In this document: positions 19,565 through 28,884 of the stretch, one piece after another
Layout of the letters: every line of letters starts with the position of its first letter
How positions within the stretch are numbered: the stretch's first letter is position 1
Virus record (IMG/VR): IMGVR_UViG_3300044844_000506
Span: 47,613 to 111,612 of that record
Source: a virus
Length of the DNA: 64,000 bases
Direction: 5' to 3' (one strand)
Notes under the pieces: model-generated
The model's input: the letters and a program-made list of their open reading frames with translations, nothing else
The model's database searches: none
What the model was told of the DNA's origin: nothing
Position numbers and translations under genes: made by a program

Positions 19565-22036
19565 TTAAGGGTATATTTCATAGTAACCTAATCTGTTCAA
19601 AGTTAAAGTAGTTTGACCACTTGAATAAGTACAAATTACTCCAGAAACAGTAGGGCGTCTAAAATTATTTCCATTTTTTATTAAAATTTCAGAGGTAGCT
19701 AATGAACCATTAACATATCTAGAATAAATTATCTTAGATGGAATAGATTCTATATTACTTATATTTAGTATTCTGTTTTCCGTTGAGGGATAAAGCGTAG
19801 AAGATAAATTATAAATTTTTAATGGGTTAGTATTACTTATGTTAAAATCTGCTAAAATAGGATCAAAGTAAGGAGAGTTAATTGCTGCTCCTGTATTAAT
19901 TAAAGAATTAATAGCTGAAACCCATAAGGTATTAGCGGGCCTATCTATTTTCCAATTAAATACTCCTAGTCCTGAAGTAAGCAAACTTGAGCTATATTGA
20001 TTAAACGAAGCAGACATCTTTAATCTAAAATAAAAATAATTATCATTACCCACTACCATTGTTGAGGCTTCTGTTGGAAAATTTAAAGTAGCACTAGATA
20101 AGAAATTTAACATATCATTTTGATTTACCATTCCAAGATGGTGAGTGCCTGTTTTAATATCTACCTGCTTATAAACATCATCTCCACTTGCATCTTTACC
20201 TGGACCATAACCAATATTACTACTAACAGGTAATCCATCAAAAGCCGCTGAAACCATTCCAAGTCCTATCCACATATTTTCTATATCATCAGCAGATGAG
20301 ACTTGTAACTTATAATTAGAATGTATATTATTAGAAGATAACTCATGAGCTAATAAATTACTAGCATATGTAACAATATCACCCTGACTATCTTCAGGAG
20401 AATACATTACATAAAGCGGTAAATGCTTTAAATTATTAAACATTCCAGTAGACGCAACATAAGTACTAGCCACTAGATTAGATCCAACAGTAGTAGTTCT
20501 ATTATAAATAAATGGTGCATCGCTTGGAGTAAAAGATGATAACTCATTAGCAGAAACACCTGATCCAGCACCACCATGAGTTAATTCAACTGGTAGATAA
20601 TCTAAATTACCGCTACAATTATTCCAGAAAATTAAAACATCTCCTGCGGGAGCATTAGATTCATCTCTTCCAGGAGTATTCCAATAAGGAGACGCTGAAT
20701 GAATTGAAGAAGCTGCATATTTCTCCCATAATTTCCATGTATTAAATGTTCCACCTACAGAAGCTACGGCAGCGGGGCAAATAGCACTGGGATTAGCATC
20801 ATTTAATTGTGCAGCAAAATTTAAAGCGCATCCTCCACCTTGGGAGAATCCAACAAAATAAATTCTTGTTTTATCTATTGGATAATGATTAACTGTATAC
20901 TCTAATATTTTTTTAAATTGTTCAAAAACAATAATATTGTTCCAATTATTAGGAGTTCCCTTAGCATGAGGATAAATAGAAGATCCTGTTAAAGGTGGAT
21001 TTACTTCATCTTGTGGTGTACCAAAATAAGGTTGCCAATCTGGATCTAATGCAGAATTTGGCGGTCCCACTCTTCCGTGAGGAGCCATATAAAACCATCC
21101 TCTATCTAATACATCTTGATATAAAGTAGGTTTAACTATAGTTGGTGGATCAAAGAGTACTAAAGAGGAAAGAAGACCATCATACCATCCATTACTTACA
21201 GTAACATTTCCAGTAAGCCTCCATTGGTTTTGAGACTGACCAATACCATGAAATGCTACAACTAGTGGGGCACCTTGGTAATCATAAGTTGGAGGGATAC
21301 CAACTTCAAATCTATCTGGAAAATCAGTAGTAGTATTAAAATCACCTACACCACTTAACATATCAAAGGTATAATACCTTCTTTCATTTAATCCTAAGAA
21401 GCCTAAACTGTTATTACCTATATCCTCAACAGTTATTCTCCAAAGAATTACAAAACTAAAATCTGAAGTTTTAGTAATTGGCTCAAAAGATTTATACGCA
21501 ACTAATATTGGTCTGTTATTGTTAGGCGATCCATCTGGATTACTCATAAACAATCCAACCTCAGAAATAGGCATTGAGTTTGCCATAGTCTTATCAAGGA
21601 CTAAACGGGTAGAAAAGCCTTTAGAGGAAAAAATAGATCTACTCTTTGCATCTATACCTACAAAGGTGTTTACTTTGGTAGTGTAATTAATTGGAGAGAC
21701 AAAGTTACCATATTCTGCTACTACTTGATTTAGATTGACTATTTCTTGAATAGATCCGTCTCCACCTAATTCAGCAGCGGTTAATGCATCATCTAATTCG
21801 TAAAAAGACCTATTAATATAATTAGTTGTTGTAGGAAAATTTGCTGATAAGTTGCCAACTCCTACTTGAAAATATGAAATTTTGTAATCATCAAGGTCTG
21901 TTGATCCATAACCAGAAAATAAATTAGCTAAACCATAACCTAAACCTTCAGCTATGTTATTCTTAGAACGATGGACTATCTCACATCTACCATCGTCATA
22001 TTCTTTAATAATCTCTACTTCACCTATAAATTTCAT
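19565..22036 (-). CDS. baseplate anchor domain fused to an alpha/beta-hydrolase (esterase/depolymerase-like)
   Basis: aa 1-205 match the paralog above ('SEVGLF..NP','LVAYKSF..ITKTSDFSFVILWRI'). Then 'PLVVAFHG', 'APHGR', 'YPIDKTRIYFVGFSQGG' (GxSxG elbow). Confidence 0.8.
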   Translation of the reverse strand: MKFIGEVEIIKEYDDGRCEIVHRSKNNIAEGLGYGLANLFSGYGSTDLDDYKISYFQVGVGNLSANFPTTTNYINRSFYELDDALTAAELGGDGSIQEIVNLNQVVAEYGNFVSPINYTTKVNTFVGIDAKSRSIFSSKGFSTRLVLDKTMANSMPISEVGLFMSNPDGSPNNNRPILVAYKSFEPITKTSDFSFVILWRITVEDIGNNSLGFLGLNERRYYTFDMLSGVGDFNTTTDFPDRFEVGIPPTYDYQGAPLVVAFHGIGQSQNQWRLTGNVTVSNGWYDGLLSSLVLFDPPTIVKPTLYQDVLDRGWFYMAPHGRVGPPNSALDPDWQPYFGTPQDEVNPPLTGSSIYPHAKGTPNNWNNIIVFEQFKKILEYTVNHYPIDKTRIYFVGFSQGGGCALNFAAQLNDANPSAICPAAVASVGGTFNTWKLWEKYAASSIHSASPYWNTPGRDESNAPAGDVLIFWNNCSGNLDYLPVELTHGGAGSGVSANELSSFTPSDAPFIYNRTTTVGSNLVASTYVASTGMFNNLKHLPLYVMYSPEDSQGDIVTYASNLLAHELSSNNIHSNYKLQVSSADDIENMWIGLGMVSAAFDGLPVSSNIGYGPGKDASGDDVYKQVDIKTGTHHLGMVNQNDMLNFLSSATLNFPTEASTMVVGNDNYFYFRLKMSASFNQYSSSLLTSGLGVFNWKIDRPANTLWVSAINSLINTGAAINSPYFDPILADFNISNTNPLKIYNLSSTLYPSTENRILNISNIESIPSKIIYSRYVNGSLATSEILIKNGNNFRRPTVSGVICTYSSGQTTLTLNRLGYYEIYP

Positions 22037-23052
22037 ATAAAATAAATACTCCAGTTAATCTCCATCGTAGTACCTATGTTTAAGCCAGCATTAGTTCCTG
22101 AATCTTGTACCCTACAAATGTTTGTGTTAAATACTTTTTTAGCAAATAACTTATATACCCTTTTAGGGTATAGCGTATTTAATTGATCTCCTGTGCTCGG
22201 GAAAGATCCTCCATTTTTTAGTGTGTTTTCTATATCAATATACCACAGACCCATTGTTGATATTCCACCATATAGATTAGCTAATTTAAAATTGGTACTA
22301 TCTATTTTAGTAGAATACTTAACTTTACCTAAGCTACTAACTAATTCATCATCTGCTGAAACAGAGTTTACTACAAATCCTCCTAAACCATTTGACCCAT
22401 GTTTAGTAATAAAACCTCTCCAATCTATTGCAGAAAAAGTATTATAGTTTAATGTACTATTTAGAATAGTAGATGTAACAGTATTTAAACCAGAACTGTC
22501 TCTTAAAAAAATTCTAGCTCTAGCTGTTCCCGTGAAAATACTCGCATCCTCTGCATAACATCCAAAATAAGGTATAGAGGATATATTTAAAGAACTAAAC
22601 AGAGGAACAGCAGAAAGACCTTCTCTCCATAATCCAAAAATATTTAGATTCTGTTTATAATCTGGAATATATGGAAGTAAAGATGAGACTTCAGATTGAA
22701 GATGTCTATCTAATGGGTCAGGATACTCTGGAAGGCTGTTAATAGGTGCATAACTAGATGTGGCACCACTTGTATTATTTACATATAATTCAAATCTAGT
22801 TCCTGTGTAAACCGAACTCATTATACTTGATGAGTGTGAGTTAGTTGAGTAAGCAAATCCATCTTTACCAAATGAGATAGCTTGAACAGTATAATTTGAG
22901 GAGTCTAATAAAGCAGAAGCTGTGGGTATGTTCTGTAAACTTGGAGAGATGGTCATTATATCTGTTAATAATTCAGCACCTCCATCTACTATTAAGTTTT
23001 CGGATTCTAAAACTTTAACTCCATCATAGACTAATTCTACTACACCTCTCAT
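22033..23052 (-). CDS. baseplate anchor paralog (start revised to ATG 23052)
   Basis: 'MRGVVELV...ENLIVDGG..LL', 'MGLW', 'LFAKKVF', 'INWSIYF'. ATG 23052 is coupled (TAATG) to the upstream stop. Confidence 0.6.
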   Translation of the reverse strand: MRGVVELVYDGVKVLESENLIVDGGAELLTDIMTISPSLQNIPTASALLDSSNYTVQAISFGKDGFAYSTNSHSSSIMSSVYTGTRFELYVNNTSGATSSYAPINSLPEYPDPLDRHLQSEVSSLLPYIPDYKQNLNIFGLWREGLSAVPLFSSLNISSIPYFGCYAEDASIFTGTARARIFLRDSSGLNTVTSTILNSTLNYNTFSAIDWRGFITKHGSNGLGGFVVNSVSADDELVSSLGKVKYSTKIDSTNFKLANLYGGISTMGLWYIDIENTLKNGGSFPSTGDQLNTLYPKRVYKLFAKKVFNTNICRVQDSGTNAGLNIGTTMEINWSIYFI

Positions 23053-26000
23053 TAGTTTTCTACCTCTATGAACGAGAATGATGTTGGATATGTTCCATTG
23101 TAAGTAGCAGATACCCAACCAGGGTGTTCTCTATAGTTAACTCTGCTTCCACCTGATACCCCATAGGTAGAAGAAGTAATAGAAGCTACTCTACTTGCTT
23201 TATCATCTGAAATTGTTTTCATATAGTTTAAGCTCTTTAAAAGCAACTCAGGAGAATACTCTTCACTATAATTATTAAGAGTTTTATCTACTAGATTAAC
23301 TTCATCAAATAATATGTACTCATTAGAAGAGTTTTGTGGTATCTTAAAGATTTCTATTACATATTTCTGATTTACAGTATGAACTTGATTAAAGTTTTTA
23401 AAGTAAACTTGAGGAATCTTAATAAGTTGATTGAAGGTGTTAAAAGATACAGTCAAAGTGCTGAACAAGTCAGAAGTTAAATTTTCTAATGTTATTCTAG
23501 ATGCGGTTTGAGCTTCTTTATTATAGCACTGACCTGCATATCCACCAATTAAATCTAAAGGTACTTCTTGTCTTGGTTGATAACTAGTATGAATATATTG
23601 AAATATTTTACCATAAGTTAGTTTTGTTGGAATAGTAAATAATTCCCATTTATTATTTTTAGTCCAACACCAAACTAATCCATTTTGTGGTTCGGTATGA
23701 ATCCAAACTCCTATACCTCCACCACCCATACTATCTCCTGTTTCATATCCAGCAAAATACCTTACATTTAGCTCAAACTCATGTTCAGGAATTAAAATAT
23801 TAGATGTAGAACTTAGATGGTATATTAATCTGGGGAAACCGTTTACAGCTTTTTGTTTAACTATAGGATTTTCAATAGGGAAGGGTGAATAAGCGGTAGA
23901 CCTTTCTCTATTGTTAATGTAGTAATATCTAAATTCGTTATCCTGTGAAGCTCCTGAGGTTCCTACAATTTCTACATTATTAATAATGTCTTTATTTCTA
24001 TATTCTCTTCCAAACGCTAATCCTGTAGATACAATATAAGTTCCCCAAGTTGCTCCACTTACTTCACTGAGTATACCAGAACCGCTATTGTTGTTTATAG
24101 CTGATCCTTCATTAAATGAAGATGCAGTTATACTAGGATCTGTAACGGTTATTGCACTTCCAAATTGATCAAACTTAGAGTTATAAACTAATGAACCAAA
24201 AGTGTGGGAGAAGATATCTTTTCCACCACTAAGATTTAATGAAGCGTAGTTTATGTTGGATCGTCCAAAGAACTTTACCCAATCATTATAAATCTTGTGA
24301 ATTCCTCTTCCAAACTCAAAATCTTCGTATTGAGAGTAAGAAGAAATAGAGAAACTGGAGTTAGCTAAACTTAATGGGACATTCTTATAGTAAGTATCTT
24401 TTCCATAAGTAGCCCATCCAGCAGAGGTATTAAGATAATCAGTCCAATAATTTATTTCTCTATTATACAATACATCATGTACCAACTCAAAAATATCATT
24501 AGTGTCTTTTCTCATGATGTATCTTACACAACCAGTTGTATCTAATGCACTCAACCCTCTAGAAGGGAATGTAGAACTTACAGACACACCACTGTATACA
24601 GATGAAGAATTTAAGTTTTCACATTTAGAATAGATATCTGGTATTGAGCTTATTACAGGAATCTCTACGAAGGCATAGGCTGAAGGGATGTAGCCCAAGG
24701 GAAGATATCCAACATTACTAAGAGAGTGCTCTGTTGTAGAGGGCTGTAGCTGTAGAGGGGCGTTCCAACCAGTTCTTGTATATAACTCCTCTCTAGGAAG
24801 GACATAATGCAATGATCTTCGACGTATGCTATTTCTAGGTAAATTACCTAATCCAACAGACGTAGACATATAAGCATCTGTAAAATTATTTACTGCATCT
24901 CTTCCAAAGGTTTTTCCGAGAGCAGACATATTTATACCCGATGCATAATAACCTGGAACTAATCCAGATCCAGGATATGTCTCATTAATTGCAAAATTAA
25001 TTTGATTGCACTGAATTTCATCATAATCAGTATAATCATTTTGACCTAATATCAAATTAATATCAGGAATAGAATGTGCAGGAGTAAAAGTATTTACAGC
25101 CCTTACAGCTTCTTGTACGGCTAATGTAGAACTAGTATTTAAAGATCTATTATCAAATGTAAACGATGATGCAAATAAATCTAAATTAAAGTGGGATGAG
25201 TCTGCACTCCACAAACCAACGTAGTCTATTCTACTATTTTCAAATTCTTCTAACAAAGAATCGTAATTAGGTGGAGTTTGTAGTCCTGAATAGAAAAACA
25301 ACCATCTATTATCTATATGAGTATAATCTTCAGACTCTAATGTATATGTTAAAATATACTGCTCTAGATCCTCAGCAAAATCTTCTGAGACACCAAAACA
25401 AGAAACTCTATCTATTATTAATCTTACAAGTTCAGAAGTAATTTCTAAATCTTTGTAATAGTTTATTTCTTCAAATGGTGGGATTGGAAATATTCTGTCT
25501 CTATAATTGAATCTAAAGTTAGGATCATTAATATCCCACTGAACATTACCTAGTTTAAATAATTCAGGATATCTTCTAACACAATCAAGTAATATATGAT
25601 CTACAGCATAACGTAAGTTTTGATCTATACTCTTAGTAGAGTAATCGTTTACTCCTAAAGATCTAGCTAATTCAGGAGTCCAAGTATCAAAACTCTTAAA
25701 TAGTGGAGAAGCAGTAGCTAAGGCATAGTAGATTAAGTTTGGTATGTAAGATTCATGAAGTTCTAAAATACTTCCAGAAAGGTTCATGAAACTTTCAGAG
25801 AAGATAGAATCAATAGCTAACTGTAAAGATCTTTTGGTTCCCTTAGCTTTGTATATACTTACAGCGTTTCTAAGCTGTAGTCTCCATCTATTAGGATCAT
25901 AACCAAAAAGGTGCCACCCTAAAATCTCTGCTAAGTAAGGTAAATATTCATCAGGGCACTTATCAATATCATAAAGTGTTTCTAACTTAGCTAATTCATT

Positions 26001-26861
26001 GTCTACATCATGCTGTAAGTATGATACAGCTTTTAAAAACTTATAAAGAGGTCCACGACTTTCTAAACTGTCTAATAATGAGTTTGCTGAATTATAATCT
26101 GCGAAAGCATCTTTTATATATGTGCTCTTTTCACTCAAATAATCATCAGAATAAACTACGTCGGTTAGAGTTAGTAATTTGTCAAGCTGCTGAGTTCCAC
26201 TTGTATATGTCGTAGTTCCAGACAAGAATGAAGCCGGAACTAAACCAAGATTTTGAAATGTAGTACAAGTGTTGTAGTTTCTCCACAGGTAAGTCTCTAA
26301 TCCTTTTATTCCATCTTTTAGTGTTAGAGTATTTCCATAATAAAGTTCAGTTAGTTTATCTAGGACGTAAGAAGAAGGTGAATAATTAGTAGAACTAAAA
26401 TTTAAAAAGTAGAACCATCCGAGTCTATCAATTAAATATTCATGAGTTTTAGATGCTGTATTCTGTAAACCCGCTGAAGGATAGTTTAATCTAATTGAAG
26501 GTAAAAAGGTGCCGCTTAAGTACGATTTAAAGGTCGTACTGGTAGCGAAGTTCCCAAAGTTTTGCCCAAGCGGCACCAGGATTTCATCCTCAAAACCAAA
26601 AGGAGTAATATGAGTTAAATTGTTTTGAGGAATAAAGAAAGGACTAATACCTGACAAGGTATTAATTGAAGGGTAATTAGTCGTAGCTGAAACATTTATT
26701 ATACTTGAAATATTTTTAGCTAACAACAGGTGAGTATTAAGTAATTGATCTTCTAACTTTACACTGACCCCAGAAGAAATTATTTCATCATCCAAGTAAA
26801 ATCTTGGAGTTAAGATTTCAAAAACTTCTGCTTTATTGTGTTTGAAATAATTTTGAGTCAT
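23052..26861 (-). CDS. baseplate wedge protein with a P2 gpI / T4 gp7-like domain
   Basis: 'LYDIDKCPDEYLPYLAEILGW...WRLQLRNAVSIYKAKGTK' is the tail_P2_I-type signature. Follows gp6. Confidence 0.78.
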   Translation of the reverse strand: MTQNYFKHNKAEVFEILTPRFYLDDEIISSGVSVKLEDQLLNTHLLLAKNISSIINVSATTNYPSINTLSGISPFFIPQNNLTHITPFGFEDEILVPLGQNFGNFATSTTFKSYLSGTFLPSIRLNYPSAGLQNTASKTHEYLIDRLGWFYFLNFSSTNYSPSSYVLDKLTELYYGNTLTLKDGIKGLETYLWRNYNTCTTFQNLGLVPASFLSGTTTYTSGTQQLDKLLTLTDVVYSDDYLSEKSTYIKDAFADYNSANSLLDSLESRGPLYKFLKAVSYLQHDVDNELAKLETLYDIDKCPDEYLPYLAEILGWHLFGYDPNRWRLQLRNAVSIYKAKGTKRSLQLAIDSIFSESFMNLSGSILELHESYIPNLIYYALATASPLFKSFDTWTPELARSLGVNDYSTKSIDQNLRYAVDHILLDCVRRYPELFKLGNVQWDINDPNFRFNYRDRIFPIPPFEEINYYKDLEITSELVRLIIDRVSCFGVSEDFAEDLEQYILTYTLESEDYTHIDNRWLFFYSGLQTPPNYDSLLEEFENSRIDYVGLWSADSSHFNLDLFASSFTFDNRSLNTSSTLAVQEAVRAVNTFTPAHSIPDINLILGQNDYTDYDEIQCNQINFAINETYPGSGLVPGYYASGINMSALGKTFGRDAVNNFTDAYMSTSVGLGNLPRNSIRRRSLHYVLPREELYTRTGWNAPLQLQPSTTEHSLSNVGYLPLGYIPSAYAFVEIPVISSIPDIYSKCENLNSSSVYSGVSVSSTFPSRGLSALDTTGCVRYIMRKDTNDIFELVHDVLYNREINYWTDYLNTSAGWATYGKDTYYKNVPLSLANSSFSISSYSQYEDFEFGRGIHKIYNDWVKFFGRSNINYASLNLSGGKDIFSHTFGSLVYNSKFDQFGSAITVTDPSITASSFNEGSAINNNSGSGILSEVSGATWGTYIVSTGLAFGREYRNKDIINNVEIVGTSGASQDNEFRYYYINNRERSTAYSPFPIENPIVKQKAVNGFPRLIYHLSSTSNILIPEHEFELNVRYFAGYETGDSMGGGGIGVWIHTEPQNGLVWCWTKNNKWELFTIPTKLTYGKIFQYIHTSYQPRQEVPLDLIGGYAGQCYNKEAQTASRITLENLTSDLFSTLTVSFNTFNQLIKIPQVYFKNFNQVHTVNQKYVIEIFKIPQNSSNEYILFDEVNLVDKTLNNYSEEYSPELLLKSLNYMKTISDDKASRVASITSSTYGVSGGSRVNYREHPGWVSATYNGTYPTSFSFIEVEN

Positions 26862-28435
26862 TAGACAAATAGCATATTAATTGTAAAGTTATTTAGTTGA
26901 ATAATTTCATTCATTTCGACAACTACATCAGAATCTAAATTATCCACAGTGGCGTATCTTACTTCATCAAGTTTAAATATTGCTCTATTTAATTCAGAAA
27001 TAACTAAAGTTTTACCAAAATCAAAGTTATCTACATTGAAAAACTTAAATAGTTCCTGCTGAATCTTACCTTTAATAACTTCTTCTTTAGGCTTTAGTTC
27101 TTTATCTATTCTAACAGTCATAATGAGATCTAAAGTTCTTATTAGACCATCAACAATTACAACCTTTGTGTTCATGAGCCTCTTAGGTTCAATTGCTTGT
27201 AATAGATTCAATTTAAAAGCTGTAGTAGCTTGTTGAAGTTGAGTATTGGATGCTTTTTGAAGAAGATAGATATCTACTATATTTGCGGAACCATGTGCAG
27301 TTCTAGTAACCGCTCTTGCTTTTCCTGTAGCTCCTGTAGAAGTAACATAAGTGTTTGCAAAAGAAGTAAAGTCTTCTAAAGTTACAAGACGATCCTGTTG
27401 TTTAAAAGTATATGGAGCATATTTCTTTGCGTGTTCTACAGTCTCCGCATCTTGACCACCAGTAGCAATAGATATATTCTCGACTACAGCGGTGTAGCCT
27501 TCTGTTATATTTACTGAAGTGTTAATCGCTTCTGATTGTAGATTACCTCTGGATCCACCACCTACTCTATAAGTTACTACATATCCAGTATTTATTCCTG
27601 GAGAACTTCCCAATACTCCATCACCAAAGTTTACTGTTGCAGTTAGATCATCATTATAAACTACTTCAAAGATTTGATCCCCTGCACCAGAAGCAAATAA
27701 TAAGCTATCAACAAATCTCCATGCTCCAGATACCGAAACACCATCAGTGACGTATACCTGAACGCTATTTTGTATTACTGGAGTCTGTGATAATTGAATT
27801 CTCTTGATAGTCTGTGAATCTGTAAAAGATCCACTTTCTACGATTAAAGATCCTTCTAAATAAGCTAAATTAGTCCATACAGAACTTGTAGAAGAATCAC
27901 TTTCAGAAACTCCTAAACTTAAAGATGCATTTGAATTAAGATCTGCTATCTGACCATTTACAACTTTATATAATGTAAAGTTTAGTGGTCCTCCATCTTC
28001 AGGAGAAGCAATAGTAACAGTTCTTTGACTAGCAGGTACAGTAATTGTGGCAACTGTTGCTGGAGTATTTAATGTTAGCTTTGCATTGGCAGAAGAACCT
28101 ATTGGTCCTTTCATATTTACACCAATGAGTTGTAAAAGTTTACGAACATTATTTCTATTCTTAGCAGTTTTTAAGAATGCTTCTTGAGCTAACATATCTG
28201 CCTTTAAAGAGTTTACAGCAGCACAGTATGCTACAACTTCTACTAACATCATTCCTAAATCTGACTCTACAAAGTTTTGATACTCTAAAGGGTAAACAGC
28301 TTTAATATATTCAATAAGTCTATTTCTAAAAGTTAAAAAGTCTGTAGCAGCAAAATCAATAAAATCAGCCTTCTTGCCATCTGGAATATTAACTAATTTT
28401 AAATAATCTGATGTTACTTGTCCTGTGAATACCAT
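26861..28435 (-). CDS. baseplate wedge subunit, T4 gp6 / baseplate J-like
   Basis: 'DF...R..L..Y', 'ESDLGMML', 'FGDGVLG', 'YRVGGG..GN', 'ATGG.DAET', 'QDRLVTLEDF'. Confidence 0.92.
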   Translation of the reverse strand: MVFTGQVTSDYLKLVNIPDGKKADFIDFAATDFLTFRNRLIEYIKAVYPLEYQNFVESDLGMMLVEVVAYCAAVNSLKADMLAQEAFLKTAKNRNNVRKLLQLIGVNMKGPIGSSANAKLTLNTPATVATITVPASQRTVTIASPEDGGPLNFTLYKVVNGQIADLNSNASLSLGVSESDSSTSSVWTNLAYLEGSLIVESGSFTDSQTIKRIQLSQTPVIQNSVQVYVTDGVSVSGAWRFVDSLLFASGAGDQIFEVVYNDDLTATVNFGDGVLGSSPGINTGYVVTYRVGGGSRGNLQSEAINTSVNITEGYTAVVENISIATGGQDAETVEHAKKYAPYTFKQQDRLVTLEDFTSFANTYVTSTGATGKARAVTRTAHGSANIVDIYLLQKASNTQLQQATTAFKLNLLQAIEPKRLMNTKVVIVDGLIRTLDLIMTVRIDKELKPKEEVIKGKIQQELFKFFNVDNFDFGKTLVISELNRAIFKLDEVRYATVDNLDSDVVVEMNEIIQLNNFTINMLFV

Positions 28436-28437
28436 TG

Positions 28438-28884
28438 TTATCCTATTCTAACTGTAGTTTCAATTAAACTCTCTGGAGACTCTTTTAATCTTACAACTAA
28501 TGTAATTACGATTGCAGATATACCCTCTAAACTTACTGTATCCGAATTAATAACTTTTAATTTCATTATCTCTACAGAAGGAGCATAACGAGTTATTGAA
28601 GTTATTATTTCTTCTTTTATAGCTCTAAATGTTTCTTCATCTAAAGGCTGAAATAAAAATTTCTTTAAGTTACACCCGTAGTTTGGTAACATAACTCTTT
28701 CACCTCGTTCAGTTTTAAGTATTTGAGTTAAATTACCCCTAACTAAAGCTGTTCCCGTTTGTTTAGAAAAATAACCTCTTCCACCACCAATAGGGTATTT
28801 TAAACCATAGACTTTATTGTCTATGACTTTAATATCATTTTTAATAGTATTGGAAGATGATTTTCCGTATATTGAAATAGCCAT
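28438..28884 (-). CDS. baseplate wedge / sheath initiator, T4 gp25-like
   Basis: 'NL..IL.T..GERVMLPNYGC.L...LFQP' and 'I.RYAP.V' gp25 signature. Confidence 0.93.
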   Translation of the reverse strand: MAISIYGKSSSNTIKNDIKVIDNKVYGLKYPIGGGRGYFSKQTGTALVRGNLTQILKTERGERVMLPNYGCNLKKFLFQPLDEETFRAIKEEIITSITRYAPSVEIMKLKVINSDTVSLEGISAIVITLVVRLKESPESLIETTVRIG

